A stretch of 32,000 nt of DNA, from contig NZ_CP017260.1 in assembly GCF_001735745.1 (NCBI RefSeq), forward strand, positions 810,001 to 842,000. The letters run 5' to 3'. Below, one piece after another: positions 7,073-15,550 of the stretch. The notes beneath the pieces are model-generated. The model was not told where the DNA came from. It did no database searches and was given only the letters and a program-made list of their open reading frames with translations. Both the position numbers and the translations under genes were made by a program. Source of the DNA: Formosa sp. Hel1_33_131. Its GTDB lineage: Bacteria > Bacteroidota > Bacteroidia > Flavobacteriales > Flavobacteriaceae. Positions within the stretch are counted from its first letter, which is position 1, and each line of letters opens with the position of its first letter.

Positions 7073-10000
7073 ATGAAAACAAAGTTTAGTGGAATTCTAA
7101 TGCTCATGTTAGCGTTAGTTGTGCAAATTTCATTTGCACAAGAAAAGAAAGTTTCAGGAACTGTTTCTGATAATAACGGACTACCATTACCTGGTGCAAC
7201 TGTTGTTATAGATGGAACTACATCTGGAGTTTCAACTGATTTTGATGGTAATTATTCTATTAACGCTAAAGTAGGTGACGTACTCGCTTATAGTTACATC
7301 GGATATGCAAACCAATCACAAACTGTTGGAGCAAGTAATACAATTAATGTAGTTTTAGCTACAGACACTAACTTAGACGAGGTAGTAGTACAAGCTTTTA
7401 GAACAACTTCTAAAGCAACTTCTAACATTGCTTCGACTACAGTAACTGCTCAAACCATTGAGTCTAGACCAAATGCTTCTTTTGTTCAAACACTACAAGG
7501 ACAAGTGGCAGGTTTGAACATTACAACAGGTAATGGACAACCTGGTGGAAACAGTTTAATTAACTTAAGAGGAGTCTCCTCTATCTCTGGTAATACAGAA
7601 CCATTATTTATTATTGATGGTGTACCAGTAGATGAAGACAACTTTAGAAGTTTAAATCCAAATGACATTGCTTCTCTATCCGTTCTTAAGGATGCAGGTG
7701 CAACAGCCATTTATGGTAACAGAGGTGCAAATGGTGTAATCATCATTGAAACTAAAGTTGGATCGTATGAAACTGGACTAAAAGTGACGTACAGTGGCTT
7801 AACAAGTTTCTCAAACCTACAAGGGAACGATTATGACTTAATGAACTCTAGAGAGCAACTGCAATTAGAAAAAGATTTCGGTGCTGGTTTTGGAGCCACA
7901 CTTTCTGACGTTGAGTTAGAAGAGCGTGCAAGACTAGTCAACACAGACTGGTTAGATGTATTCTTTGGAACGGGACTTACAAAAAGTCACAATCTAAGTT
8001 TATCATCAGGTGGTAAAAACCTGAATTCATTTACATCGTTAGGATTTCAAGATCAAGAAGGTATTTTGAAAAGAGCAAGTACATTGAAACGTTTCAACTT
8101 TAGAAACAACATCAACGGAAAATCAAATAGTGGGAAATTCAGATACAGTACCTCTTTATCTCTCAACTACTCTGAAAGTGACGAAGCAAACAGTATTGGT
8201 TCTGGAGCTATTAACAGAAACTTTGCGATTGGTGCAAACCAAGGTGTAACGTACATCTCTCCTAGTTCTTATGTATCTGGTGAAGGAAGTAACATCCCTG
8301 TAAATTTCGCAAACACTCCTTTAATGTTATTAGACCGTTTGGAAACTTACACAAGACGTGAAGATGAAATTAAAGTCATCGCAAGTCTTAAAGCGAGCTA
8401 TGACATTACAGACAATCTTACGTTCAACAGTAGATTTGGAGCAGATTTCACAGACGAACAACTGCTAAGAGTAGAAGCACCAACATCTTTTAACTCTCAG
8501 TTATTTGCTCAGACAGGAAACGTAACTCCTGGATTTTCAGTTCAAAATTCAGATCGATCTATCTTCCTAAACTTTAACAACTCGTTAAGCTACACTAATA
8601 CATTTGCTGAAAAACACAGCTTAGAAGTATCTGTCTTCACAGAATACTTTAAAGCACACTGGAGAAGCTTTGGAGTTACACAAGAAGGATTTGACCCAGC
8701 AACCTTTTATCCTGGTGATGGTTCGGCTTTCGTAGATGACAATGCTGCCAATGACAACTTTGTGGATACTGCTTTTGCAAACATTCAAAATGCAGGTTTG
8801 TTCTCATACTTCGCTTATGCTGATTATGATTATGACAAAACTTATGGTGTATCTGCAACAGTTAGACGCGATGCTTCTTACAGATTTGCAGACTCGAACA
8901 AATGGGGTACATTCTGGTCCGTTTCTGGACGATGGAATGTTTCTAACGAAAGCTTCATGCAAAACTTAACTTTTGTAAACAGCCTAAAACTTAGAGCCTC
9001 TTACGGAACTGCTGGTAACCAACGTATTGTGGATTCAGGTGGAACATTCGCTCCCTTTGGAGCTGCTGATTTAACAAGAGATTTATTCGTGACTGGTGGT
9101 CAGTACGGAGGAGTCAACGGACTTTCATTTGGACAAATTGGAAACAATTTATTGAAATGGGAAACAGTAGTACAAGCAAACGTAGGAATTGACTTTTCTT
9201 TATTCAACAGACTTCGTGGAAGTTTTGATGTATATAAGAAAAATACAGAAGATTTATTCTTCCCTACACCAATCTCTCCAGCACTTAATGGAGCTCAAAC
9301 ATCCATTAGCGCAAACGTAGGAGAGTTACAAAACAGTGGTTTTGATTTAGAATTACACTATGACATCGTAAAAGCTTCAAAGCAAGACGGTCTTAATGTA
9401 ACACTGAACCTTGTAGGAAACTATAACAAACAAGAAGTAATCAGTCTTGGTTCAGGTGGAGATATTCCTTATGGACTTAGAGTTGGTGGTGTAATTGGTG
9501 AATACTATGCTGCACCATTTGTAGGGGTGAATCCTGCAAACGGAAACTTATTGTTCGAAAACCTTAATGGAGACATTACTGAGAACTTAGTAGAAGCAGA
9601 TCAAAGAGCAACAGGATTAAATATCTATCCAGATTACCAAGGTAGTTTTGGGTTTGATGCAGACTTTAAAAACTTCTTCATAACAACACAATTTAACTAC
9701 GCTATTGGAGTAGATCGATATGACTTTAATTACAACGGATTTATGGATCCAACTTCAATTGGTCAATTCAGACACTCTAGAGACATCTTAAATGCATGGC
9801 AACAGCCAGGTGACATTACAAACGTACCGTCACTTAATGCAACTAACTTTGCCGATCAATCATTCTCTGATAGAGATTTAAGAGAAGCGGATTATTTAAG
9901 ACTTCGTTTTATCCAGTTTGGATACAACATTCCTAAAGTCATCCTTGACAAAACAGGATTCTCATACATCCGTGCGTTTGTTGGAGGAGAAAACTTAGTA

Positions 10001-10105
10001 ACGTTCTCAAAATGGAGAGGATTTGATGCTGAAGGTACAGGATCATCTCAAAATGGATATCCAACACCAAAGACATTTTCTATCGGACTTGAATTTGGAT
10101 TTTAA
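7073..10105 (+). CDS. SusC/RagA-family TonB-dependent outer-membrane transporter (full length)
   Basis: Signal peptide ...QISFA|QEKK. CarboxypepD_reg-like segment (VSGTVSDNNGLPLPGATVVIDGTTSGVSTDFDGNYSI). Plug motifs (TEPLFIIDGVP, IASLSVLKDAGATAIYGNRGANGVIII). 1010 aa with terminal ...LEFGF. No N-terminal STN/anti-sigma signalling extension. Confidence 0.92.
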   Translation: MKTKFSGILMLMLALVVQISFAQEKKVSGTVSDNNGLPLPGATVVIDGTTSGVSTDFDGNYSINAKVGDVLAYSYIGYANQSQTVGASNTINVVLATDTNLDEVVVQAFRTTSKATSNIASTTVTAQTIESRPNASFVQTLQGQVAGLNITTGNGQPGGNSLINLRGVSSISGNTEPLFIIDGVPVDEDNFRSLNPNDIASLSVLKDAGATAIYGNRGANGVIIIETKVGSYETGLKVTYSGLTSFSNLQGNDYDLMNSREQLQLEKDFGAGFGATLSDVELEERARLVNTDWLDVFFGTGLTKSHNLSLSSGGKNLNSFTSLGFQDQEGILKRASTLKRFNFRNNINGKSNSGKFRYSTSLSLNYSESDEANSIGSGAINRNFAIGANQGVTYISPSSYVSGEGSNIPVNFANTPLMLLDRLETYTRREDEIKVIASLKASYDITDNLTFNSRFGADFTDEQLLRVEAPTSFNSQLFAQTGNVTPGFSVQNSDRSIFLNFNNSLSYTNTFAEKHSLEVSVFTEYFKAHWRSFGVTQEGFDPATFYPGDGSAFVDDNAANDNFVDTAFANIQNAGLFSYFAYADYDYDKTYGVSATVRRDASYRFADSNKWGTFWSVSGRWNVSNESFMQNLTFVNSLKLRASYGTAGNQRIVDSGGTFAPFGAADLTRDLFVTGGQYGGVNGLSFGQIGNNLLKWETVVQANVGIDFSLFNRLRGSFDVYKKNTEDLFFPTPISPALNGAQTSISANVGELQNSGFDLELHYDIVKASKQDGLNVTLNLVGNYNKQEVISLGSGGDIPYGLRVGGVIGEYYAAPFVGVNPANGNLLFENLNGDITENLVEADQRATGLNIYPDYQGSFGFDADFKNFFITTQFNYAIGVDRYDFNYNGFMDPTSIGQFRHSRDILNAWQQPGDITNVPSLNATNFADQSFSDRDLREADYLRLRFIQFGYNIPKVILDKTGFSYIRAFVGGENLVTFSKWRGFDAEGTGSSQNGYPTPKTFSIGLEFGF

Positions 10106-10130
10106 TAATATAACTTAAAAACATAAAAAC

Positions 10131-11603
10131 ATGAAAAATATATTTAAAATCGTTTATGCTTGTTTGATGCTATCAATCGTAAGCTGTAATGATGCCATTG
10201 AAATCGAACAACCGGGTCGATTGGGCGCAGAAAATGCCTTTCAGAGTGTTTCAGACTTAAGAGCTGGTCTATTAGGTGCTTACAATTTCTTAGATACCAC
10301 TAATGAAATTGGACTCACAGCAGCAATGACGGATGAAACTTTTAAAGGAAGAGACAACGGAGGTCAGAACAATGACGAACAGAACTTTAACATTAACAGT
10401 TCTAACGGATATGCTTTTGGTATCTGGACATCTTATTATGGTGCAATCGGAATGGCAAACAGAGTGATACAAGCTGCGCCTTCTATTGATGCTACTGAAG
10501 ATCAAGAAGATTATGACAACGTATTAGGTCAAGCACATGCCATTAGAGCATTTGCACATTTCCAAATACTTACTTACTTCTCACCTGACTATACAGACGA
10601 TTCTGCACTTGCTGGAATTCTTGTAACAAGTCCTGCAGAAGACATATTTGAAGCGAGACCAAGAGCTACCAATGGTGAATTCTACACGGCAATCAGTGCA
10701 GATTTAGCAATGGCTACAGATTTAATCAATGCTTCTGAAGGAGTTACTTTTATGGGTGCTGATTTTGTAACTGCTTTAAAAGCAAGAATCGCTGCCTACA
10801 GAGGACAGTATGTAATGGCTGATGGCTATGCAGCATCTTTGTTAGCGGACTACTCTATTGCTGACCAAACTGAATATGCAGCAATGTTTGAAGATGCGGA
10901 TTTCACAGAAGTGATTTTTAGCCTCGAAAGATCTATTGGAGATTCTTACGATGGTCAAGGTCTTTCTGGTGGTGGATGGGCTGGAAGCTTATTTGCTTTC
11001 ATCGATGCCTCTGCTAGTGGAGGTCCATTTATGGAAATGAGCCGTTCCGTTTATAACATCTTAGCTGGAACAGACGATGTACGTTTAACAAGAAATTTAA
11101 ACGTTGCAGAATCTACTGTAGACCCTACGTATCAAACCAACGATAACTCTATTAATGATGATGTATTATTAGTATTCAAATATCCTGGTGGAACACAGCC
11201 ATTATTAAATGATCTTAAAGTATTCAGAGCTTCTGAAATGTTATTTATTAGAGCTGAAGCTGCTGCCGATGCTGGAAATCTAACTGCTGCTGCAACTTTA
11301 CTGAAAGAATTAAGAGATGCACGATATGGTGCCGCTCAAGATCTTCAAGTTTTTGCAAATGAAACAGAAGCGTTTGGAGCTATTCTTGACGAAAGACGTT
11401 TAGAGCTTTTATACGAAGGTCACAGATGGGTAGATTTAAAACGTTTAGGAAACAGAGGAAACAGAGCCATCGATAGAGATGCTAAAGAATGTGAAAACTT
11501 AGCTGGATGTTCTTTACCAAACTCTGATTACAGATTTACGTTACCAATTCCTTTAAGCGAAACAACTGCTAACAGTGGAGTTGAACAAAACAGAGACTAT
11601 TAA
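10131..11603 (+). CDS. SusD/RagB-family nutrient-binding outer-membrane lipoprotein
   Basis: Lipobox ...SIVSC. The classic SusD/RagB C-terminal motif DERRLELLYEGHRWVDLKRLG is present. 490 aa, 25 nt after SusC. Confidence 0.9.
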   Translation: MKNIFKIVYACLMLSIVSCNDAIEIEQPGRLGAENAFQSVSDLRAGLLGAYNFLDTTNEIGLTAAMTDETFKGRDNGGQNNDEQNFNINSSNGYAFGIWTSYYGAIGMANRVIQAAPSIDATEDQEDYDNVLGQAHAIRAFAHFQILTYFSPDYTDDSALAGILVTSPAEDIFEARPRATNGEFYTAISADLAMATDLINASEGVTFMGADFVTALKARIAAYRGQYVMADGYAASLLADYSIADQTEYAAMFEDADFTEVIFSLERSIGDSYDGQGLSGGGWAGSLFAFIDASASGGPFMEMSRSVYNILAGTDDVRLTRNLNVAESTVDPTYQTNDNSINDDVLLVFKYPGGTQPLLNDLKVFRASEMLFIRAEAAADAGNLTAAATLLKELRDARYGAAQDLQVFANETEAFGAILDERRLELLYEGHRWVDLKRLGNRGNRAIDRDAKECENLAGCSLPNSDYRFTLPIPLSETTANSGVEQNRDY

Positions 11604-11620
11604 TTAAAAATTATATAATT

Positions 11621-12376
11621 ATGAAAAAATTTAGAATATTAAGTGCTCTTTTTGTCTTTGGAAGCTTCATGGCTTGCGAGCAAAACGATGCAATCATAGA
11701 CAATGTGTATGACAACTCTGGACAAACTGGAGTTGGCTTTACAGCATCCTCTGCTTCTGTCGCAGTACGTCCAGAAGGTGCAACAGCAACTTTAGTTGTA
11801 CAAGCAACAACAACTTCAGCAACAGCAAGAAGTTATGATGTAGTAGTAGATGCAACATCTACAGGGGCTATTGGTGATTACACAGTAGGAACTGTTACAA
11901 TACCAGCAGATTCTTACGACGGAACACTCGCTGTGAGCTTTGTAGATACCAACCTTGCGGAAGGTGTCGCTTATACGTTAGTCCTAGACTTAGACTTACC
12001 AGCAGGAGTTGCTGTTGTAGGCTCTAAAACCGCTACGATTAACTATAACAAATACTTGATTTGTAACGATTTTGTATTGACAATGAATGAAGACTCTTAT
12101 GCAGATGAGCGCAGTTGGGAAGTTACAGATACGGCAGGAGTCGTTGTAGAATCTGGGGATGGCTATTCTTATATATCAGGCGGCCAGCTAATTGTTGAAA
12201 CCATGACCTTAGCGGATGGATGTTATACATTTACAATCTTTGATGCTTATTCTGACGGTCAGTATGATGGTGTAACTACTGGTAACTACTCTTTAGACTG
12301 TTCTATTATTAATGTTGCCAATGGCGAAGGAAACTGGGGTGGTTCAGAAGCTACAGACTTTTGTGTCAACCCGTAA
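11621..12376 (+). CDS. Lipoprotein with an Ig/Calx-like N-terminal module and a Cys-bracketed beta-sandwich-like C-terminal module
   Basis: Lipobox ...SFMAC followed by EQND. N-terminal part GDYTVGTVTIPADSYDGTLAVSFVDTNLAEGVAYTLVL. C-terminal part C-NDFVLTMNEDSYADERSWEVTDTAG...LADGCYTFTIFDAYSDGQYDG...SLDC...FC. Confidence 0.6.
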   Translation: MKKFRILSALFVFGSFMACEQNDAIIDNVYDNSGQTGVGFTASSASVAVRPEGATATLVVQATTTSATARSYDVVVDATSTGAIGDYTVGTVTIPADSYDGTLAVSFVDTNLAEGVAYTLVLDLDLPAGVAVVGSKTATINYNKYLICNDFVLTMNEDSYADERSWEVTDTAGVVVESGDGYSYISGGQLIVETMTLADGCYTFTIFDAYSDGQYDGVTTGNYSLDCSIINVANGEGNWGGSEATDFCVNP

Positions 12377-12399
12377 ACTAACTAATTAAATAAAAAAAT

Positions 12400-13311
12400 A
12401 TGAAAAATATAATAAAATCAATTAGCTTACTATTCGTCCTTGCACTAACCGTGTCTTGTGACAGCGATAGTAGTGAAGATTTGGGCTACGCAGCTCAAGA
12501 AGAAAGTGGCTGGGTTCAGTTTCTGACAACTAACGATGCTGTCATTGGAGTATTCCAAGGAGCTACAGGAACGATTGACTTAGACGTGAATATCCAGGTA
12601 CCAACAACAAGTTCTGATTTGACAATCAACTATGCTTTACAAAGTGTATCTGGTGCAGATCCAAGTGCTGTGTTTTCTAACTCTGGGGCTGTAGTAGCAC
12701 CTGCTGGAAAAACAAGTTATGCAGGTCCTGACAACGGAACTGGATTTGACTATTCTTACCTAAGTATGATCTCTTTAGATCTTGCAGATTTAGAAGGAAC
12801 AACACTTACTGAGCCAATGGTATTTGATGTGGTACTTACAGGTACAAGCTCATCAGATGTTACAGCTGGATTAACAGGCGAAACATTCCCTGTAACTCAG
12901 AGAATTGTAATCAATCCTTCTCTAGGTGCCTTTGTAGGTACTTATTCGGTTGATGAAATATTCACTGACGGTACCAATGCCGGTTTACAATTAGCTGTTG
13001 CCTTTGGGGAAAGCTACCAAGTTGAATTATCATTGATAGAAGGAGACACAACTGCTTCCACTATGTTGATATCAAACTCAACTGGATTTGATACTTATTA
13101 TTTAGAAGGAACTGTAATGACATTTTATCTAGATGGAACTTTGGATATAGATGACAGTTACAATTTGAACATTCCTTATGTAGGTGGCTTTAACTACCAC
13201 TTTGTGGATACGACATCGTACGATTATACGACAGGTGTCATCACAGCAAGTGGAGATTTTGGATCACCAAATAATTTTGGTCCTTACCAAACAACATTTA
13301 CAAAACAATAA
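12400..13311 (+). CDS. Surface-type lipoprotein of unknown function
   Basis: Lipobox ...LTVSC followed by the acidic stretch DSDSSEDLG. 303 aa. No catalytic motif recognised. Confidence 0.65.
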   Translation: MKNIIKSISLLFVLALTVSCDSDSSEDLGYAAQEESGWVQFLTTNDAVIGVFQGATGTIDLDVNIQVPTTSSDLTINYALQSVSGADPSAVFSNSGAVVAPAGKTSYAGPDNGTGFDYSYLSMISLDLADLEGTTLTEPMVFDVVLTGTSSSDVTAGLTGETFPVTQRIVINPSLGAFVGTYSVDEIFTDGTNAGLQLAVAFGESYQVELSLIEGDTTASTMLISNSTGFDTYYLEGTVMTFYLDGTLDIDDSYNLNIPYVGGFNYHFVDTTSYDYTTGVITASGDFGSPNNFGPYQTTFTKQ

Positions 13312-13350
13312 TTCTATTGCTTTAGTTGTAAAAAATTAAATTATAATAAC

Positions 13351-13384
13351 AAAAAAGCCTGTGACTCTCACAGGCTTTTTTTTA
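13351..13384 (+). terminator. Rho-independent-type terminator after locus 2
   Basis: AGCCTGTGA-ctc-TCACAGGCT (13356-13376) followed by T8 (13377-13384). An A-run upstream makes it potentially bidirectional. Confidence 0.8.
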
Positions 13385-13396
13385 ATATATAAAAAA

Positions 13397-15349
13397 ATGA
13401 AAAAATACATTTTAGTTATTATAGTACTCGTCGCTTGCTTGAATACGTCTTACGGACAAAGCAAGGAACAAATTGAGACAATTATAAGTGCAAGTTTAAA
13501 AGAAAAAAATGCAGCACTCCTCGAGAAAATAAATGAAAGCAACAACGAAAAGACAATTCGTATCGATGCCTATTTAAGTCAAAACCCAGGAAAAGAACGC
13601 AACTACTTTGTCGGAGATAAAAAATACACCATTGTGGATGTCATCAATGGAACACCCATCGCCATCACAACACATAACTCTGATGCAGCCATAGCAACAA
13701 GAGCAAATCTTTTACACAATGGAGGTGGAGCAGGTGTTGATATTGAAGGTCAAGGGATGACTGTTGGCGTCTGGGATGAAGATAATGTATTGGTGGACCA
13801 TATAGAATTTGCAGGGCATTTTCCAACTGCTTCAATTCCTAGAGTCACCACACCAGATTATAGTATAAACCAAACCTATGGCGGCCATGGAACACATGTT
13901 GCTGGAACCATCGCTGCTAAAGGCGTCTGGTCAGATGCAAAAGGAATGGCGCCGAAATCCACGATTGTGTCTTACACTTGGGATACTGACGAAGCGGAAG
14001 CTTTAAATGAAGTAACAACAAATGGACTCTTGATTTCCAATCATTCTTACGGGGTACCAGCCGTAGATGCCGATGGAAATGAATACTTAGATGCCTATTA
14101 TATGGGATGCTATATTGGAGCGGCCGAAGTATGGGATGAAATTCACTTTAACAACCCCTACTATTTACAAGTAGTTTCTGCAGGAAATAATGGGAACAGT
14201 CCAAATAGCAATGCGAGTACCGATGGGTATGACAAGCTCACAGGAGAAAAAAATTCAAAAAACAATTTAGTTGTTGCCAATGCGCAAGACCCTACAATGG
14301 ATGGAAACTACGTATTAACTGCAATCAGTATCAATTCAAGCAGCAGTCAAGGTCCTTCGGATGACAATCGGATTAAGCCAGACATTACTGGCAATGGAAC
14401 TGGATTGATATCTCCTTATAATAATGCAACAGACGCTTATGCAAATTCTACAGGAACTTCAATGGCAGCTCCTAACGTAGCGGGATCAGTACTGTTGTTA
14501 CAGCAGTTCTACTCAGATTTAAACAACGGAGAATTTATGAAATCTGCAACCTTAAAAGGATTGGTATGCCACACAGCCGATGATGATTTTGTCAAAATTG
14601 GTCCAGATCCCGTATATGGGTGGGGGCTTTTGAATTGTTTAGAAGCAGCCTATGTAATAAATGATGATTTTTATAATGGCGCAAAGATTTTAGAAGGAAC
14701 TTTAGTCAATGGAGATACTTACACTACAACTTTTGAAGCTGGAGCCTCCTCAGCTGTCAGCGCAACCTTATGTTGGACGGATCCCGCAGGAATTAACCAA
14801 GCAGGATCTATAAACAGTACACTGCCCGCTTTAGTGAATAATTTAGATGTATCAATTACGGGGCCCGATGGAAACATTTACTATCCATGGAGGTTAAATC
14901 CAGCAAGTCCAACAGGAAATGCTCTAAGAGATGCTGTAAATGATGTAGATACGGTTGAAAACATTGACATTGATACACCAATCGCTGGAACCTATACCCT
15001 TACAGTGAGCCACCAAGGGCTATTAACCAATGACGCACAAGATTATTCATTAATCATCTCTAGTGCTGGATTTGTGTTAAGCACAAATTCAATCACAGAA
15101 AATGTATTGAATATATGGCCAAACCCTGCTAAGGAATCACTGAACTTCAAATTTGCATCCACATCAGATGCCTCTTGTTTAGTGCAACTTGTGGACCTTC
15201 AAGGAAGAACGGTCTATACAGAAAATATGTTGGGAGGAACAGCTGTAATTAAAGGACAATTAAATACCAGCAATTACGCAAAAGGAGTTTATTTTTTAAC
15301 CTTAAAACAAGGCTCTAAAAACACCTTCAAAAAAGTGGTCATTCAATAA
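13397..15349 (+). CDS. Secreted S8 (subtilisin-family) serine peptidase with a P-domain-like region and a T9SS C-terminal sorting domain
   Basis: Catalytic motifs in D-H-S order: GVWDED, GGHGTHVAGT, oxyanion SAGNNGN, GTSMAAPNVAG. Signal peptide MKKYILVIIVLVACLNTSYG|Q. The C-terminus NIWPNPAKESLNFKF...GVYFLTLKQGSKNTFKKVVIQ matches the Por secretion-tail pattern. I placed the start at ATG 13397, because the GTG at 13361 lies inside the terminator hairpin. Confidence 0.9.
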   Translation: MKKYILVIIVLVACLNTSYGQSKEQIETIISASLKEKNAALLEKINESNNEKTIRIDAYLSQNPGKERNYFVGDKKYTIVDVINGTPIAITTHNSDAAIATRANLLHNGGGAGVDIEGQGMTVGVWDEDNVLVDHIEFAGHFPTASIPRVTTPDYSINQTYGGHGTHVAGTIAAKGVWSDAKGMAPKSTIVSYTWDTDEAEALNEVTTNGLLISNHSYGVPAVDADGNEYLDAYYMGCYIGAAEVWDEIHFNNPYYLQVVSAGNNGNSPNSNASTDGYDKLTGEKNSKNNLVVANAQDPTMDGNYVLTAISINSSSSQGPSDDNRIKPDITGNGTGLISPYNNATDAYANSTGTSMAAPNVAGSVLLLQQFYSDLNNGEFMKSATLKGLVCHTADDDFVKIGPDPVYGWGLLNCLEAAYVINDDFYNGAKILEGTLVNGDTYTTTFEAGASSAVSATLCWTDPAGINQAGSINSTLPALVNNLDVSITGPDGNIYYPWRLNPASPTGNALRDAVNDVDTVENIDIDTPIAGTYTLTVSHQGLLTNDAQDYSLIISSAGFVLSTNSITENVLNIWPNPAKESLNFKFASTSDASCLVQLVDLQGRTVYTENMLGGTAVIKGQLNTSNYAKGVYFLTLKQGSKNTFKKVVIQ

Positions 15350-15374
15350 ATAATCATTTTTTACAAGTACATTT

Positions 15375-15512
15375 AAAAGAAGCTATCTAAAAATGATTTG
15401 TTTTGTCAATCTGAACTCGTTTCAGATTCTAAAACAAATTGGATTTCAGTTAATTGAGATTCTAAAATAAATTCAGAATGACAGATTTTCTGCTTTTTAG
15501 ATAGCTTCTTTT
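15375..15512 (+). repeat. Palindromic dispersed element, copy B
   Basis: Perfect 19-nt inverted repeat AAAAGAAGCTATCTAAAAA (15375-15393) / TTTTTAGATAGCTTCTTTT (15494-15512). It encloses 100 nt with the internal hairpins ATCTGAA-ctcgt-TTCAGAT (15409-15427) and ATTCT...AGAAT (15459-15479). Confidence 0.85.
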
Positions 15513-15538
15513 ATAGTTTATTAATTAAAAGTAATGTG

Positions 15539-15546
15539 TACTTTTG
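15539..15546 (+). promoter_or_regulatory. Bacteroidota -7 promoter box TACTTTTG (exact TAnnTTTG match) upstream of rlmB
   Basis: Exact consensus match ending 4 nt before the ATG at 15551. Confidence 0.45.
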
Positions 15547-15550
15547 CGGC

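Noticed and set aside
13361-13396. Upstream GTG start (MTLTGFFLIYKK...) for the S8 peptidase
   Set aside because: These codons are the terminator hairpin and its T-run. The ATG at 13397 gives a canonical signal peptide and an A-rich start context.
15536-15550. GTG start at 15536 for rlmB
   Set aside because: It overlaps the exact -7 promoter box. The ATG at 15551 gives the usual short N-terminus before the IYG...A..EA motif.
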